This document shows, in pieces, positions 1 to 15,643 of a stretch of DNA of 32,000 nucleotides. The DNA is taken from NCBI RefSeq assembly GCF_900095195.1, contig NZ_LT606950.1, forward strand, positions 1,251,946 through 1,283,945, in the 5' to 3' direction. A program made the position numbers and the translations under genes. Position 1 is the stretch's first letter, and each line of letters begins with the position of its first letter. A model generated the notes under the pieces. That model made no database searches. It worked only from the letters and a program-made list of their open reading frames with translations, and was not told the DNA's origin. The stretch is from Polynucleobacter necessarius. GTDB lineage: Bacteria > Pseudomonadota > Gammaproteobacteria > Burkholderiales > Burkholderiaceae.

Positions 1-663
1 CTCTTCAAACTGTACCCGACGCCATGCGGCGTGCGTTCGATCCAATAGGGCTTGGGTATCTGCGTCAGCTGGAGGTTGGTGAAGATACGTAATTGCTGAT
101 TGGAGAGTTGGCCAGTCATTACTTGGCAATAATTCAGCCATCAACTTCTTTGGCAAGAATTCCGCCAAACTATCCTGCAAACTGGATTCGCGTAAGGCTT
201 GCGTCACCGCTTTCCGAATGGCTGCCTGCGACACTCCAGCGCTAGCTGGATAGACCGGTGTCAAACTTTTTGGCAAGGGCGCATCGGGAGCAACTGCTTT
301 GACAGCAGGGTGAACCATCTCGGGACCTTGAAAACCTTCACGCACATCTCCTCGTACGCGAAGATGTGCCCCGATTGCCATCTGCTTTTGTTGACTAGGA
401 TAAAAATTCAGAAAGCGTAATTGCAAGATTGCAGTGTCATCCTCAATCGTGACGAGCATCTGCCGTCTTGGTCGAAAGAGCGCCTGATTACGAATCACCA
501 CCCCTTGAGTCTGAATGGAATGAAATCGTCCTTGCACTAGGCATTCTTCGATCGTCGCCAACTCGGTCCCATCCTCATAGCGCGACGGTAGGTGCAAAGC
601 AAGAGCCATGGGGCTGTTTAATCCCATCTTTTGGAGAGTATTTGGCGCTTGCTTCGTAGTCAT
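1..663 (-). CDS. recG: ATP-dependent DNA helicase RecG, N-terminal 221 codons (gene continues past window start)
   Basis: Absent from the ORF track because it has no stop inside the window. Manual minus-strand translation from ATG 663..661 stays open to base 1: MTTKQAPNTLQKMGLNSPMALALHLPSRYEDGTELATIEE...LTPVYPASAGVSQAAIRKAV...LDRTHAAWRRVQFEE. LHLPxRYED and TPVYPxxxG are typical of the RecG N-terminal/wedge region. It is divergent from queA. Confidence 0.8.
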   Translation of the reverse strand, partial: MTTKQAPNTLQKMGLNSPMALALHLPSRYEDGTELATIEECLVQGRFHSIQTQGVVIRNQALFRPRRQMLVTIEDDTAILQLRFLNFYPSQQKQMAIGAHLRVRGDVREGFQGPEMVHPAVKAVAPDAPLPKSLTPVYPASAGVSQAAIRKAVTQALRESSLQDSLAEFLPKKLMAELLPSNDWPTLQSAITYLHQPPADADTQALLDRTHAAWRRVQFEE

Positions 664-693
664 CGTTAAAATCTAATACCTGATGGTAATGCT

Positions 694-2894
<2,201 letters not shown>

Positions 2895-3027
2895 TAGCCC
2901 CAGAGAGGCAATAACCCCCGGAAATCACCTCTAAAGCCCCATACCGTTTAGAATTGCGGGTTTACGGCTGATTTATTCAAGCCCCCCAAAAAATGTGGTT
3001 TCTATTTGTCATTAATGGAGGTTTTCT

Positions 3028-3354
3028 ATGTGGATTAGCAATGCTTTTGCTCAGGCTCCAGCCGCGGGCGCAGATGCGGGTGGCTTAATGAGCTTCCTCC
3101 CGTTGATTTTGATGTTTGCAGTGCTGTACTTCATCATAATCCGCCCACAAATGAAGCGCCAAAAAGAAACGAAAGCAATGCTTGCAGCATTAGCAGTTGG
3201 TGATGAAGTCCTCACCGTGGGCGGTCTCTTTGGCAAAGTCACTGCCATTAAAGATGATGTGGTTACTGTTGAAATTGCAGCAAATACTCAAGTGCAACTG
3301 CAAAAAGGTGCGATTACTACCGTATTGCCTAAGGGCACCTTGAAGTCAGTCTAA
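3028..3354 (+). CDS. yajC: preprotein translocase subunit YajC
   Basis: 108 aa with a single N-terminal TM and the FLPLILMFAVLYFIIIRPQMKRQKE signature. GGAGG lies 6 nt upstream of the ATG. Sits before secD-secF as is usual. Confidence 0.9.
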   Translation: MWISNAFAQAPAAGADAGGLMSFLPLILMFAVLYFIIIRPQMKRQKETKAMLAALAVGDEVLTVGGLFGKVTAIKDDVVTVEIAANTQVQLQKGAITTVLPKGTLKSV

Positions 3355-3392
3355 TAGGTCTTGTTAATACGCTTGTTTAAAAGTATCTCAAT

Positions 3393-5252
3393 ATGAATCG
3401 CTACCCACTTTGGAAGTACATCGTTATCGCCGTTGCTTTACTCATCGGCGGACTTTACTCATTACCAAATTTCTATGGTGAAGCACCAGCGGTTCAGGTC
3501 TCGTCTGCCAAACCAACCATTAAGGTTGATTTGGCAACGCAGTCTCGCGTCGAGAAAATTCTCGCCGATTCGGATATCAACAGTACTGGCGTATTTTTTG
3601 AGAGCGCTGGCAATGTTGGCTCAATCAAAGTTCGCTTTAACAACACGGACATTCAATTGTGTGCCCGTGATTTATTGCAACAAAAATTGAATATCAATCA
3701 GAATGATCCCAACTACACAGTAGCATTAAATCTGCTATCCAATACTCCAGGATGGCTTAATGCAATCAACGCATTACCAATGCCTTTAGGGCTGGATTTG
3801 CGCGGTGGCGTCTACTTCCTATTGCAAGTCGATATGAAGGGTGCAGTACAGAAAAAAGTGACGTCACTAGCAACTGATATTCGCAGCCAATTGCGCGATA
3901 AAAATATTCGTCATCAAGGGATTGATCGTAATCCAGACACCATTTCGATCAATTTTGGAAACGCCGATGAAGCGGATGTCGCTCGTACGCTTTTAAATGC
4001 CTCCCAACCAGATCTTATTTGGCTAGTGAAAGCAGGAGGAAGCTCTACAAAACTCATCGGGGAATTTAAGCCAAAAGCATTGAAAGACATTCAAGACAAT
4101 GCAGTTAAACAAAATATCATCACGCTCAATAAGCGCGTCAATGAGTTGGCGGTAAAAGAGCCTGTCATTCAGCAACAAGGTGCGGAGCGTATTGTGGTGC
4201 AGTTGCCAGGCGTACAAGATACAGCTCGCGCCAAAGATATTATTGGTCGTACTGCTACTCTTGAATCACGACTTGCTGACCCGCTAGCATCAACCATTGG
4301 CATCGGTGAAACACCGCCCCCTGGAATGGATACTTTCCGGTTTGGTGAAAATCGTTTGGGTGTTCTCAAAAAATCCGTCATCTTTAGTGGTGACCGAATC
4401 ACGGATGCTAGCGCAAGCTTTGATCAAAATCAGCGCCCTGCCGTAAATATCTCCTTGGATGCAACTGGTGGTCGCGTCATGCAAGAAGTGACTCGTGAAA
4501 ATATCGGCAAACCAATGGGCATGATTTTGTTTGAAAAAGGTAAGGGTGAAGTACTTACTATCGCCACGATTCAAGGAGAATTTGGCTCTAAATTTCAAAT
4601 CACTGGTCAACCAACTACCGAGAGCGCCAACGACTTGGCCCTCTTGCTGCGCGCAGGATCTTTGGCAGCGCCCATGGAAATTATTGAGGAACGTACCATT
4701 GGACCAAGCTTAGGCGCTGAGAATATCGAGAAGGGCTTCAAATCATTATTGATTGGATTTGCAGCAATCTCGATTTTCATGATCGCTTATTACTTGTTGT
4801 TTGGCACCTTCTCAGTTGTGGCATTAGCCGTCAACTTACTACTTCTGATTTCAGTGCTGTCAATGTTGCAAGCAACGCTCACATTACCGGGCATTGCTGC
4901 GATGGCGTTAGCACTGGGTATGGCAATTGACTCTAACGTGTTAATCAATGAGCGTATCCGCGAAGAGCTGCGTAATGGCTCATCGCCACAAACCGCAATT
5001 GCGGTTGGCTTTGATAAAGCTTGGGCAACTATTCTTGACTCTAACGTCACCACCCTGATTGCCGGCCTTGCGCTGCTGGCATTTGGTTCAGGCCCAATCA
5101 AAGGCTTTGCCGTGGTTCACTGCTTAGGTATTCTGACTTCCATGTTCTCGGCTGTCTTTTTCTCTCGCGGTCTAGTCAACCTTTGGTATGGCAGACATAA
5201 GAAGATACAGAAACTGGCAATCGGCCAAGTTTGGCGCCCACAGGAGAAATAA
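3393..5252 (+). CDS. secD: protein translocase subunit SecD
   Basis: 619 aa with a large periplasmic domain and a C-terminal RND-like 6-TM region (LGMAIDSNVLINERIREE). Confidence 0.95.
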   Translation: MNRYPLWKYIVIAVALLIGGLYSLPNFYGEAPAVQVSSAKPTIKVDLATQSRVEKILADSDINSTGVFFESAGNVGSIKVRFNNTDIQLCARDLLQQKLNINQNDPNYTVALNLLSNTPGWLNAINALPMPLGLDLRGGVYFLLQVDMKGAVQKKVTSLATDIRSQLRDKNIRHQGIDRNPDTISINFGNADEADVARTLLNASQPDLIWLVKAGGSSTKLIGEFKPKALKDIQDNAVKQNIITLNKRVNELAVKEPVIQQQGAERIVVQLPGVQDTARAKDIIGRTATLESRLADPLASTIGIGETPPPGMDTFRFGENRLGVLKKSVIFSGDRITDASASFDQNQRPAVNISLDATGGRVMQEVTRENIGKPMGMILFEKGKGEVLTIATIQGEFGSKFQITGQPTTESANDLALLLRAGSLAAPMEIIEERTIGPSLGAENIEKGFKSLLIGFAAISIFMIAYYLLFGTFSVVALAVNLLLLISVLSMLQATLTLPGIAAMALALGMAIDSNVLINERIREELRNGSSPQTAIAVGFDKAWATILDSNVTTLIAGLALLAFGSGPIKGFAVVHCLGILTSMFSAVFFSRGLVNLWYGRHKKIQKLAIGQVWRPQEK

Positions 5253-5255
5253 GTC

Positions 5256-6176
5256 ATGGAATTTTTTAGGATCAAAAAAGATATTCCGTTCATGCGCCAT
5301 GCATTGGTGCTCAACGCTATCTCATTAATTACCTTCCTAGCTGCAGTTTTCTTTCTTTGGCATAACGGTCTACATCTTTCGATTGAGTTCACGGGCGGAA
5401 CCGTCATGGAGGTGACCTATCCTCAAACTGCACCATTGGATTCCATCCGCTCAAAAGTCGAAAAATTAGGCTATACCGATACTCAAATTCAAAACTTTGG
5501 CAGCTCACGCGATGTGATGATCCGCCTTCCACTCCAAAAAGATGCTGATGGAAAGCTGATTTCCTCTGCCGACCAAAGCAATGCGGTCATGCAAGCTCTT
5601 GATCCCGTAAGCACTGGCGTCAAATTGCAACGCGTTGAGTTTGTTGGCCCACAAGTTGGTCAAGAACTCGCCATTGATGGCTTAAAAGCATTGATTTTTG
5701 TGATCATCGGTATTGTTCTTTACCTATCCTTCCGATTTGAGTGGAAGTTTGCGGTTGCCGGCATCATCGCCAACTTGCATGACGTAGTGATCATTCTTGG
5801 CTTCTTTGCATTTTTCCATTGGGAATTTTCACTCTCTGTTTTAGCAGCAGTTTTGGCTGTCTTAGGCTATTCCGTCAATGAATCGGTGGTGATCTTTGAC
5901 CGTATTCGTGAGAACTTCCAAAAATATCGCAAGATGAATACCCGCGAAGTCATTGATAATGCGATCATCAGCACTATTAGCCGTACCGTAATCACTCACG
6001 GCAGTACCGAGATGATGGTTCTGGCTATGCTGATTTTTGGTGGTCCAACCCTGTTCTACTTTGCCCTAGCGCTTACGATCGGTATTTTGTTTGGTATTTA
6101 TTCATCCGTTTTCGTTGCCGCTGCTCTGGCAATGTGGCTTGGCGTTACCCGCGAAGATCTAATCAAGGGCAGATGA
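5256..6176 (+). CDS. secF: protein translocase subunit SecF
   Basis: 306 aa, starting 4 nt after the secD stop. The GIDFTGG-like IEFTGGT motif and YSVNESVVIFDRIREN motif are typical of SecF. Confidence 0.95.
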   Translation: MEFFRIKKDIPFMRHALVLNAISLITFLAAVFFLWHNGLHLSIEFTGGTVMEVTYPQTAPLDSIRSKVEKLGYTDTQIQNFGSSRDVMIRLPLQKDADGKLISSADQSNAVMQALDPVSTGVKLQRVEFVGPQVGQELAIDGLKALIFVIIGIVLYLSFRFEWKFAVAGIIANLHDVVIILGFFAFFHWEFSLSVLAAVLAVLGYSVNESVVIFDRIRENFQKYRKMNTREVIDNAIISTISRTVITHGSTEMMVLAMLIFGGPTLFYFALALTIGILFGIYSSVFVAAALAMWLGVTREDLIKGR

Positions 6177-6230
6177 CAATGCGCGTAATGATGACCCAAA
6201 CTATATGGGGCACGAGTTTAGGCAAAAAGC

Positions 6231-8986
<2,756 letters not shown>

Positions 8987-9062
8987 TTAAGTATCAGAAA
9001 ATCTTGATTTTAATGCGTTCTAGCTCTGGCAAACCCCTGTTTTGATAGCTATACTGTGCCCC

Positions 9063-9681
9063 ATGAAACTCATTGGATCCCTCACTAGCCCCTATGTACG
9101 CAAAGTACGCATTCTTTTCCTGGAAAAGAAGCTCGATCTGGACCTTGAACTTGACAATGTCTAGGCTGCAGACACAAAAATTGCCAATTCCAACCCCCTA
9201 GGGAAGGTGCCGTGCCTGATTGCGGACGATGGCGAGGCCATCTATGACTCTGGAGTCATAGCGGAATATGCCGACGGCTTGAGCCCGGTCAGCAAACTCA
9301 TTCCCACCGATAACCGGGAACGTGCTTCCGTCAAAACTTGGGAAGCATTAGCCGATGGTGTAATGGACGCAGGCATCTTAGCTCGACTTGAGCGTACCTG
9401 GCGCTCTGCGAATGAACAAAGTTCTGCTTGGGTAGATAGGCAAATCGGCAAAATCAATCAATAAAGCACTTGAGCAAATGTCAGAAAATCTTGGTGAAAA
9501 TGCATGGTGTCATGACAACCAAATGACCCTAGCAGATGTTGCCGCTGGTTGCGCAATTGGTTACTTATTATTTCGTTTTCCAGAAATTCAATGGCAAGCA
9601 TAATTTCCAAATTTAAATCACTTGTATCAAAAATTATTACAACGCGCGTCGTTTATTGAAATTGAACCACCTGCTGCATAA
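9063..9681 (+). pseudogene. YibF-like glutathione S-transferase, inactivated (2 in-frame stops plus 1 frameshift)
   Basis: Manual translation from ATG 9063 gives MKLIGSLTSPYVRKVRILFLEKKLDLDLELDNV, then TAG (9162..9164), then AADTKIANSNPLGKVPCLIADDGEAIYDSGVIAEYAD...RQIGKINQ. The frame changes near 9460..9470 and continues ALEQMSENLGENAWCHDNQMTLADVAAGCAIGYLLFRFPEIQWQA. TAA follows (9601..9603), then FPNLNHLYQKLLQRASFIEIEPPAA to the stop at 9679..9681. Collinear with E. coli YibF as I recall it. Confidence 0.8.
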
Positions 9682-9686
9682 ATAAT

Positions 9687-10799
9687 TTAGGCGGAAATAA
9701 TTCCACCGCCCAAGCAAACGTCTCCGTCATATAAAACAGCAGATTGACCAGGAGTCACCGCCCACTGTGACTCCGGAAAACTCAAACTAAATTTTGAAAT
9801 TTCACTGCCTGGATTGAATCCGCATGCTGAATCCGCTTGACGATAACGTATCTTCGCAGAGTAATTTCCGCTTACGGGAGCCGAATCGGCAACCCAACTT
9901 GCATCAATCGCATCAAACGTATTCGCCAATAACCATGGGTGCTCATGGCTTTGGACAACATATAGAGTCTTGTTCGCCACATCCTTCCGAGCAACGTACC
10001 AAGCGTCTCCAGTGCCATCTTGACTGCCGCCTAGTCCAATGCCTTTACGCTGACCAAGAGTAAAAAATGCTAAGCCCATGTGCCCCCCCACCACTTTGCC
10101 CTCGAGCGTTTTAATCGGGCCTGGCTCTCGCGGTAAATAGCGATTTAAGAACTCTCGAAAAGGGCGTTCACCAATAAAACAAATGCCGGTGGAGTCTTTT
10201 TTCTTAGCGTTGTGCAACCCAATCTTTTCAGCAATCTTTCGTACCTCTGTTTTCGGGATCTCCCCCAAGGGAAATAAAACATTTGCCAATTGTTGTTGCG
10301 TCAAGCGATGCAAGAAATAACTTTGGTCTTTGCTTGCGTCCAACGCCTTTAATAATTGCACACTACCATTTTCATGGCGCGCGCGCGCGTAGTGTCCAGT
10401 TGCAATCGCATCTGCACCGAGACTCATCGCATGATCTAAAAATGCCTTAAATTTAATTTCAGTATTGCACAGCACATCAGGATTTGGGGTTCTTCCAGCC
10501 GCATACTCCCGAAGAAATTCAGCGAAGACGCGCTCACGGTATTCCGCAGCAAAATTGACTGCCTCAACGTCAATACCAATTAAGTCAGCAACCGACACGA
10601 CATCCAGCCAATCCTGTCGGGCAGAGCAGTGTTCGTCGTTATCGTCATCCTCCCAATTCTTCATAAACAGGCCCACAACCTCGTAGCCCTGTTCCTTGAG
10701 CATCCAAGCGGCAACCGACGAATCCACGCCCCCAGACATGCCAATAACGACTTTCTTGGGGTTGGACGACGGGATTGCCGAAGAATTGAGCTGGATCAT
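9687..10799 (-). CDS. mnmA: tRNA 2-thiouridine(34) synthase
   Basis: PP-loop [13 protein letters not shown] and a conserved CNxxIKF segment. The ORF-track start 10802 is TTG, so the adjacent ATG at 10799 is preferred. Confidence 0.95.
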   Translation of the reverse strand: MIQLNSSAIPSSNPKKVVIGMSGGVDSSVAAWMLKEQGYEVVGLFMKNWEDDDNDEHCSARQDWLDVVSVADLIGIDVEAVNFAAEYRERVFAEFLREYAAGRTPNPDVLCNTEIKFKAFLDHAMSLGADAIATGHYARARHENGSVQLLKALDASKDQSYFLHRLTQQQLANVLFPLGEIPKTEVRKIAEKIGLHNAKKKDSTGICFIGERPFREFLNRYLPREPGPIKTLEGKVVGGHMGLAFFTLGQRKGIGLGGSQDGTGDAWYVARKDVANKTLYVVQSHEHPWLLANTFDAIDASWVADSAPVSGNYSAKIRYRQADSACGFNPGSEISKFSLSFPESQWAVTPGQSAVLYDGDVCLGGGIISA

Positions 10800-10973
10800 C
10801 AAAAAATGCGAGAATTCAATATAAGCTGATAAGCCACATTGTAAAAGTGTTAGCCCGATTTAACCGAGATTTAGGCAAAAATCATGATGGGCTTACGGGG
10901 GTAAGTAAATAGGGTCTTTTAGGCTCGTTTATCTAAAATACGTTTTTAAAAATTTTGCTTTTGGAGACATGCC

Positions 10974-12104
10974 ATGCGCATAGGAGTGCCACTGGAAACT
11001 AAACCTGGAGAAACCCGAGTTGCTGCCACACCAGAAACTGTAAAAAAACTCGTTGGTCAGGGCCATACCGTTGTCGTTCAAAAGGGTGCTGGCGTCAATG
11101 CCAGTCAACCCGATTCGGCCTATGAAGCAGTTGGCGCATCGATTGGTAGCGCGGCCGATGCGTTTGGAGCAGAAATCGTTCTCAAAGTGCGCGCTCCAGA
11201 AACTTCGGAACTAAAGCAAATCTCAACTGGCAGTGTGCTAATTGGCATGCTCGATCCATTTAACAATGACAACATTGCCGCGATGGCAGCACAAGGCATT
11301 ACTGGCTTCTCTCTAGAAACGGCACCCCGCACTACACGCGCACAAAGCATGGATGTGCTGTCATCTCAAGCAAACATCGCAGGCTATAAGGCTGTCATGG
11401 TTGCCGCCAATGAATATCAACGCTTCATGCCGATGTTGGTGACAGCGGCAGGAACTGTAAAAGCAGCGCGCGTACTGATTCTTGGTGCGGGTGTTGCTGG
11501 CTTACAGGCTATTGCAACCGCAAAACGTCTTGGCGCAGTTATAGAAGCATCAGATGTTCGCCCTGCTGCCAAGGAGCAAATCGAATCATTGGGCGCAAAA
11601 TTTGTTGATGTTCCCTATGAAACCGATGAGGAACGCAAAACCGCCCAAGGTGTTGGCGGCTATGCTAGACCGATGCCAGAGGCTTGGATGAAGCGTCAGG
11701 CTGCTCTGATTGCCGAAAGAGCACAACAAGCGGACATTGTGATTACTACCGCATTAATTCCGGGCCGAAAACCGCCAGTACTACTGCATAGCGATACCGT
11801 TGCCAATATGAAACCTGGCTCGGTAGTGATTGACTTGGCTGCTGGCAAAGGAGATAACGGCTCTGGCAACTGTCCATTAACTCAAGCAGATAAAGTCGTC
11901 GATATAAATGGCGCAAAGATTGTTGGCTACACTAATTTAGCCAGCATGGTTGCGGCAGATGCCTCAGCGCTCTATGCCCGCAACTTAATTGACTTTCTGA
12001 AACTCATTATCGACAAAGAAGCAAAGTTAGTCATTCCAAATGATGATGACATTGTTACTGCCTGCTTAATGTGTCGCGATGGTCAAGCTATTCGCAAAAA
12101 CTAA
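10974..12104 (+). CDS. pntAA: NAD(P) transhydrogenase subunit alpha, part 1 (dI domain)
   Basis: 376 aa starting MRIGVPLETKPGETRVAATPETVKKL, with Rossmann motif LGAGVAGLQAIATAKRLGA. GGAGA lies 6 nt upstream of the ATG. Confidence 0.95.
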   Translation: MRIGVPLETKPGETRVAATPETVKKLVGQGHTVVVQKGAGVNASQPDSAYEAVGASIGSAADAFGAEIVLKVRAPETSELKQISTGSVLIGMLDPFNNDNIAAMAAQGITGFSLETAPRTTRAQSMDVLSSQANIAGYKAVMVAANEYQRFMPMLVTAAGTVKAARVLILGAGVAGLQAIATAKRLGAVIEASDVRPAAKEQIESLGAKFVDVPYETDEERKTAQGVGGYARPMPEAWMKRQAALIAERAQQADIVITTALIPGRKPPVLLHSDTVANMKPGSVVIDLAAGKGDNGSGNCPLTQADKVVDINGAKIVGYTNLASMVAADASALYARNLIDFLKLIIDKEAKLVIPNDDDIVTACLMCRDGQAIRKN

Positions 12105-12137
12105 TAGAACATCTATACAGGATAAGAAGGAAACATC

Positions 12138-12476
12138 ATGGATCTCGCTGCTTTTCAAAGCATCCTCACTGTCCAAAACATTACAGTGTTTATATTAGCC
12201 ATTTTCGTTGGCTACCATGTGGTTTGGAACGTTACACCTGCATTGCACACCCCCCTCATGGCCGTGACAAACGCTATCTCCGGAATCATTATTGTTGGCG
12301 CACTCTTGCAGACCGAAGTGATTGGTAGCGATGAAATTACCCTCACTAGCGTCATTGGTGCAATCGCCGTTTTCTTAGCCTCTATCAATATTTTTGGTGG
12401 CTTTATGGTGACACGTCGCATGCTGGAGATGTTTAAGAAAAAAGCTCCCAAAGCAAATGCTGACGCAGCTAAATAA
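12138..12476 (+). CDS. pntAB: NAD(P) transhydrogenase subunit alpha, part 2 (membrane dII-alpha)
   Basis: 112-aa hydrophobic protein ([20 protein letters not shown]) located between pntAA and pntB. Confidence 0.9.
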   Translation: MDLAAFQSILTVQNITVFILAIFVGYHVVWNVTPALHTPLMAVTNAISGIIIVGALLQTEVIGSDEITLTSVIGAIAVFLASINIFGGFMVTRRMLEMFKKKAPKANADAAK

Positions 12477-12517
12477 ATAGAACAAAACCTCGCTAGAGAC
12501 CACAAGAGACTAAAACT

Positions 12518-13885
12518 ATGTCAAACATAACTGCAATTTCCTATCTCGTTTCATCGGTGCTGTTCATCCTCGCTTTGCGTGGCTTGTCTTCCCCAACTAC
12601 TTCACGCCAAGGCAACACGTTTGGCATGATTGGTATGTTGCTGGCGGTCATCACCACCTTTTTTATTCCAGACTTCAAGCCTGTCATTTCACTGATTGCC
12701 ATTGCGGTGATAGGTGGCGCCATCATTGGTACCCTAGCGGCTAAGCGTGTACAAATGACGAAGATGCCTGAGCTCGTGGCATTGATGCACTCTTTTGTTG
12801 GTTTATCAGCTGTTTTAATTGCGATCGCTGCCGTCTTTAATACCGCGCATGACCATACTGGCGCTCAAAAAATTGAACTCTTTATTGGAGCGTTTATCGG
12901 AGCAATTACCTTTACCGCCTCTGTTATTGCTTTCGGAAAACTCTCTGGAAAAGTGAGTGGGAAGCCAGTAAGTTTTTCTGGTCAACATTTATTAAACCTG
13001 ATTCTGGCAGTATCCATGGTTGGTGCCGGCATTGCATATTACCTAGTCGATAGTCATGCAGCCTTCTTGGCAATGTGCGCAATTGCATTGGTATTGGGCG
13101 TCACTTTAATCATCCCAATCGGTGGCGCTGATATGCCGGTGGTTGTTTCGATGCTCAATAGCTATTCAGGATGGGCAGCAGCTGGCATTGGCTTTACCCT
13201 CAATAACCCCGTTTTGATTATTGCTGGTGCTTGCGTAGGTTCCTCTGGCGCGATTCTTTCATACATCATGTGTAAGGCCATGAACCGCTCCATTCTTGCG
13301 GTATTGCTTGGCGGCTTTGGCGCTGAAGCTACCGCTGGTGGTGGCGATGATGGCGGCCCTAAGAACTACAAAACAGGCTCCCCTGAAGATGCAGCCTTCT
13401 TAATGGAGAATGCTGACACTGTAATCATCGTTCCAGGTTACGGTCTTGCAGTAGCACGCGCTCAGCATGCCCTTAAAGAATTGACCGAAAAACTAACTCA
13501 TCATGGTGTTACCGTGAAATATGCAATTCACCCAGTAGCAGGTCGCATGCCTGGGCATATGAACGTATTGCTAGCAGAGGCCGAGGTTCCATACGATCAA
13601 GTATTTGAAATGGAAGATATCAACAGCGACTTTGGACAAGCTGATGTAGTACTTATTTTGGGCGCAAATGATGTGGTTAATCCGGCCGCCCGTACGCCTG
13701 GCAGCCCTATTTTTGGCATGCCTATTTTGGAAGCCTTTAAAGCAAAAACGATCATTGTCAACAAGCGCTCGATGGCAGCTGGCTATGCTGGCTTAGATAA
13801 CGAACTCTTCTATATGGATAAAACCATGATGGTCTTCGGCGATGCGAAGAAGGTCGTGGAAGATATGGTCAAAGCTGTAGAGTAA
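12518..13885 (+). CDS. pntB: NAD(P) transhydrogenase subunit beta
   Basis: 455 aa with an N-terminal multi-TM region and a C-terminal dIII NADP(H) domain (PGYGLAVARAQH...AIHPVAGRMPGHMNVLLAEA...GANDVVNP). Confidence 0.95.
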   Translation: MSNITAISYLVSSVLFILALRGLSSPTTSRQGNTFGMIGMLLAVITTFFIPDFKPVISLIAIAVIGGAIIGTLAAKRVQMTKMPELVALMHSFVGLSAVLIAIAAVFNTAHDHTGAQKIELFIGAFIGAITFTASVIAFGKLSGKVSGKPVSFSGQHLLNLILAVSMVGAGIAYYLVDSHAAFLAMCAIALVLGVTLIIPIGGADMPVVVSMLNSYSGWAAAGIGFTLNNPVLIIAGACVGSSGAILSYIMCKAMNRSILAVLLGGFGAEATAGGGDDGGPKNYKTGSPEDAAFLMENADTVIIVPGYGLAVARAQHALKELTEKLTHHGVTVKYAIHPVAGRMPGHMNVLLAEAEVPYDQVFEMEDINSDFGQADVVLILGANDVVNPAARTPGSPIFGMPILEAFKAKTIIVNKRSMAAGYAGLDNELFYMDKTMMVFGDAKKVVEDMVKAVE

Positions 13886-13945
13886 TAATCCAAGAGCCTC
13901 TTCATGTTTTGAAATCCATCCCCAGAGCCAGAAAATAAGAATTAC

Positions 13946-15481
13946 TTATATTTCGATCATCTCTGGGGGTAGCCAATCTTGATATATTGCATACATTTTT
14001 TCGTATGCTGCCTCTAAATTTTTAGTAAAAACCAGGGTATCAAAAAGCGGTTGGCTTGGTCTGTTTTGCAATAATTTTTCTTTAACAGCATCTAATTTGT
14101 GGGGATCATGCGCCAAAGCAATAGCGTAGGATTCAAACTCGGATTGATTGAGCATCACTAATTCAGACAATCCAACTGCGCTTAGCAAGCTTGCCGAAAC
14201 TCGGCTAGCAAACGATTTTCCAGCAACAGTCAATACAGGTAAGCCAGCCCAAAGAGCATCGCTAGTAGTCGTGTAGGCATTGTATGGAAGAGTATCAAGA
14301 AATAAGTCGTCATATTTATGACGCGCCAAGTGATCAGCCAGCGACATGCGTTCAGCGAAAATTAGTCTGTCTGGATCAATACCAGCAAGTGCATCTTCTC
14401 TTCGAAGATTATTTACTGCCGATAAATTATCTTGCAAAAGCCAAAGAGCACTCCCCTCCACCGCTTTTAATATCCTCATACATGATGAAAATGTTGAGGG
14501 CAATACCTTAAAGTTATTATTGAAACAATAAAAAATGAAGCCGTTTTCCGGAAAACCTAACTCACGTCCTGTAAATTGCCTCTCTGAAATAACCCTCTTT
14601 CGATCATTCGCTTGATAAGAGTTTGTAAAAACACTACTTTTTCAGTAGTAGTGACTCCGAAAATCGAATGGGATCAATGTTTTATCCGCAATAATGTAAT
14701 CCATATAGCTGGCACCCATTGTTCCAGGATAGCCAAGATAATTCACCTGAATTGGCGCAGCTCCATATGAAAAGATTTCAGCTCTTACACCTCTTGTGAA
14801 TCCATTCAAATCAATTGCAATATCAATTGCTAGCTCTCTGCTCATTTTTGCCACTTCAAGGTCAGAAAAATCATCAACCTCAATAAATCGATCAAACGCC
14901 TCAACTAAACGTTTTCGCGTACCATCACAGCGAGCTGGGCCAAAAGAAAAACCAAATAGTTCAAATCTATTTCTATCATGCAACTCAAAGAGTTCCGCAA
15001 TCAAATAACCTATAGCATGATTGTGGAAATCTGCAGAGTAATATCCTAAGCGATTTTTTTTATTTCTTTCCCGCCTAGAAATATTCCCCAGATATAGCTC
15101 AAGGGCAAGTTTATGACGCCCTAGGGTAGACTGTGCTTCGCCATAATTAAGCCATGGCTGAGGATTATTAGGCATAAGTTCAACCGCCTTCATATGATGG
15201 CGAATTGAATCCTCGACCGATCCACAATCCATTAATGCTTTAGCGAAATTGTAGTGAATGGATGGATCTTCTGGGCTCATCTTGGCGGCCATTCCTAATA
15301 GGATTGCAGCCTCTTTGTAGTCAGCCCGAGAAGCTTTAATTAATCCGAGAATATGGAGCGCTGGCAAGTTATTAGGATCAACTTGTAAGATCTGCTTAAG
15401 AATACTACTAGCCTCAGCATGATTTCCATTCTGAAAATCTTCAATAGCTTTTTAAAGAAGGTCTTGAATATTTAAGTACAT
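13946..15481 (-). pseudogene. TPR-repeat / SPINDLY-family (GT41-like) glycosyltransferase, inactivated by two in-frame stop codons
   Basis: A single continuous frame runs from ATG 15481..15479 to the stop at 13946. MYLNIQDLL is followed by TAA (15454..15452), then KAIEDFQNGNHAEASSILKQILQVDPNNLPALHILG...TPR...RLGYYSADFHNHAIGYL...YIIADKTLIPFDFRSHYY. TGA follows (14644..14642), then KSSVFTNSYQANDRKRVISERQFTGRELGFPENGFIFYCFNNNFKVLPSTFSSCMRILKAVEGSALWLLQDN...end. ORF-track pieces 14642..15367 and 13946..14503 are in the same frame. Confidence 0.75.
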
Positions 15482-15643
15482 ACGATAACTTTATATCCAA
15501 GATGACAATGATATTGACCATTAATTAAAAGTGCTGATTACTGAGAGACAAGAGCGAGCAAGTCACACGCAATCAACAAAGTGCCATAATTCATCATGCT
15601 TATAGAAAATATGCCTTTTTGATAGCACTGATTTACCTAATAA

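Noticed and set aside
199-659. Plus-strand ORFs 199..420 and 468..659
   Set aside because: They lie antisense to a clearly RecG-like reading frame that is open across 1..663. They have no recognisable motifs and are shadow ORFs.
14642-14644. In-frame TGA in the TPR-GT41 gene as possible selenocysteine or programmed read-through
   Set aside because: I saw no SECIS-like hairpin immediately downstream. The position is not a redox-site Cys in homologs as I recall them (a ...YSEK... context). A second nonsense codon (TAA) in the same gene argues for plain inactivation.
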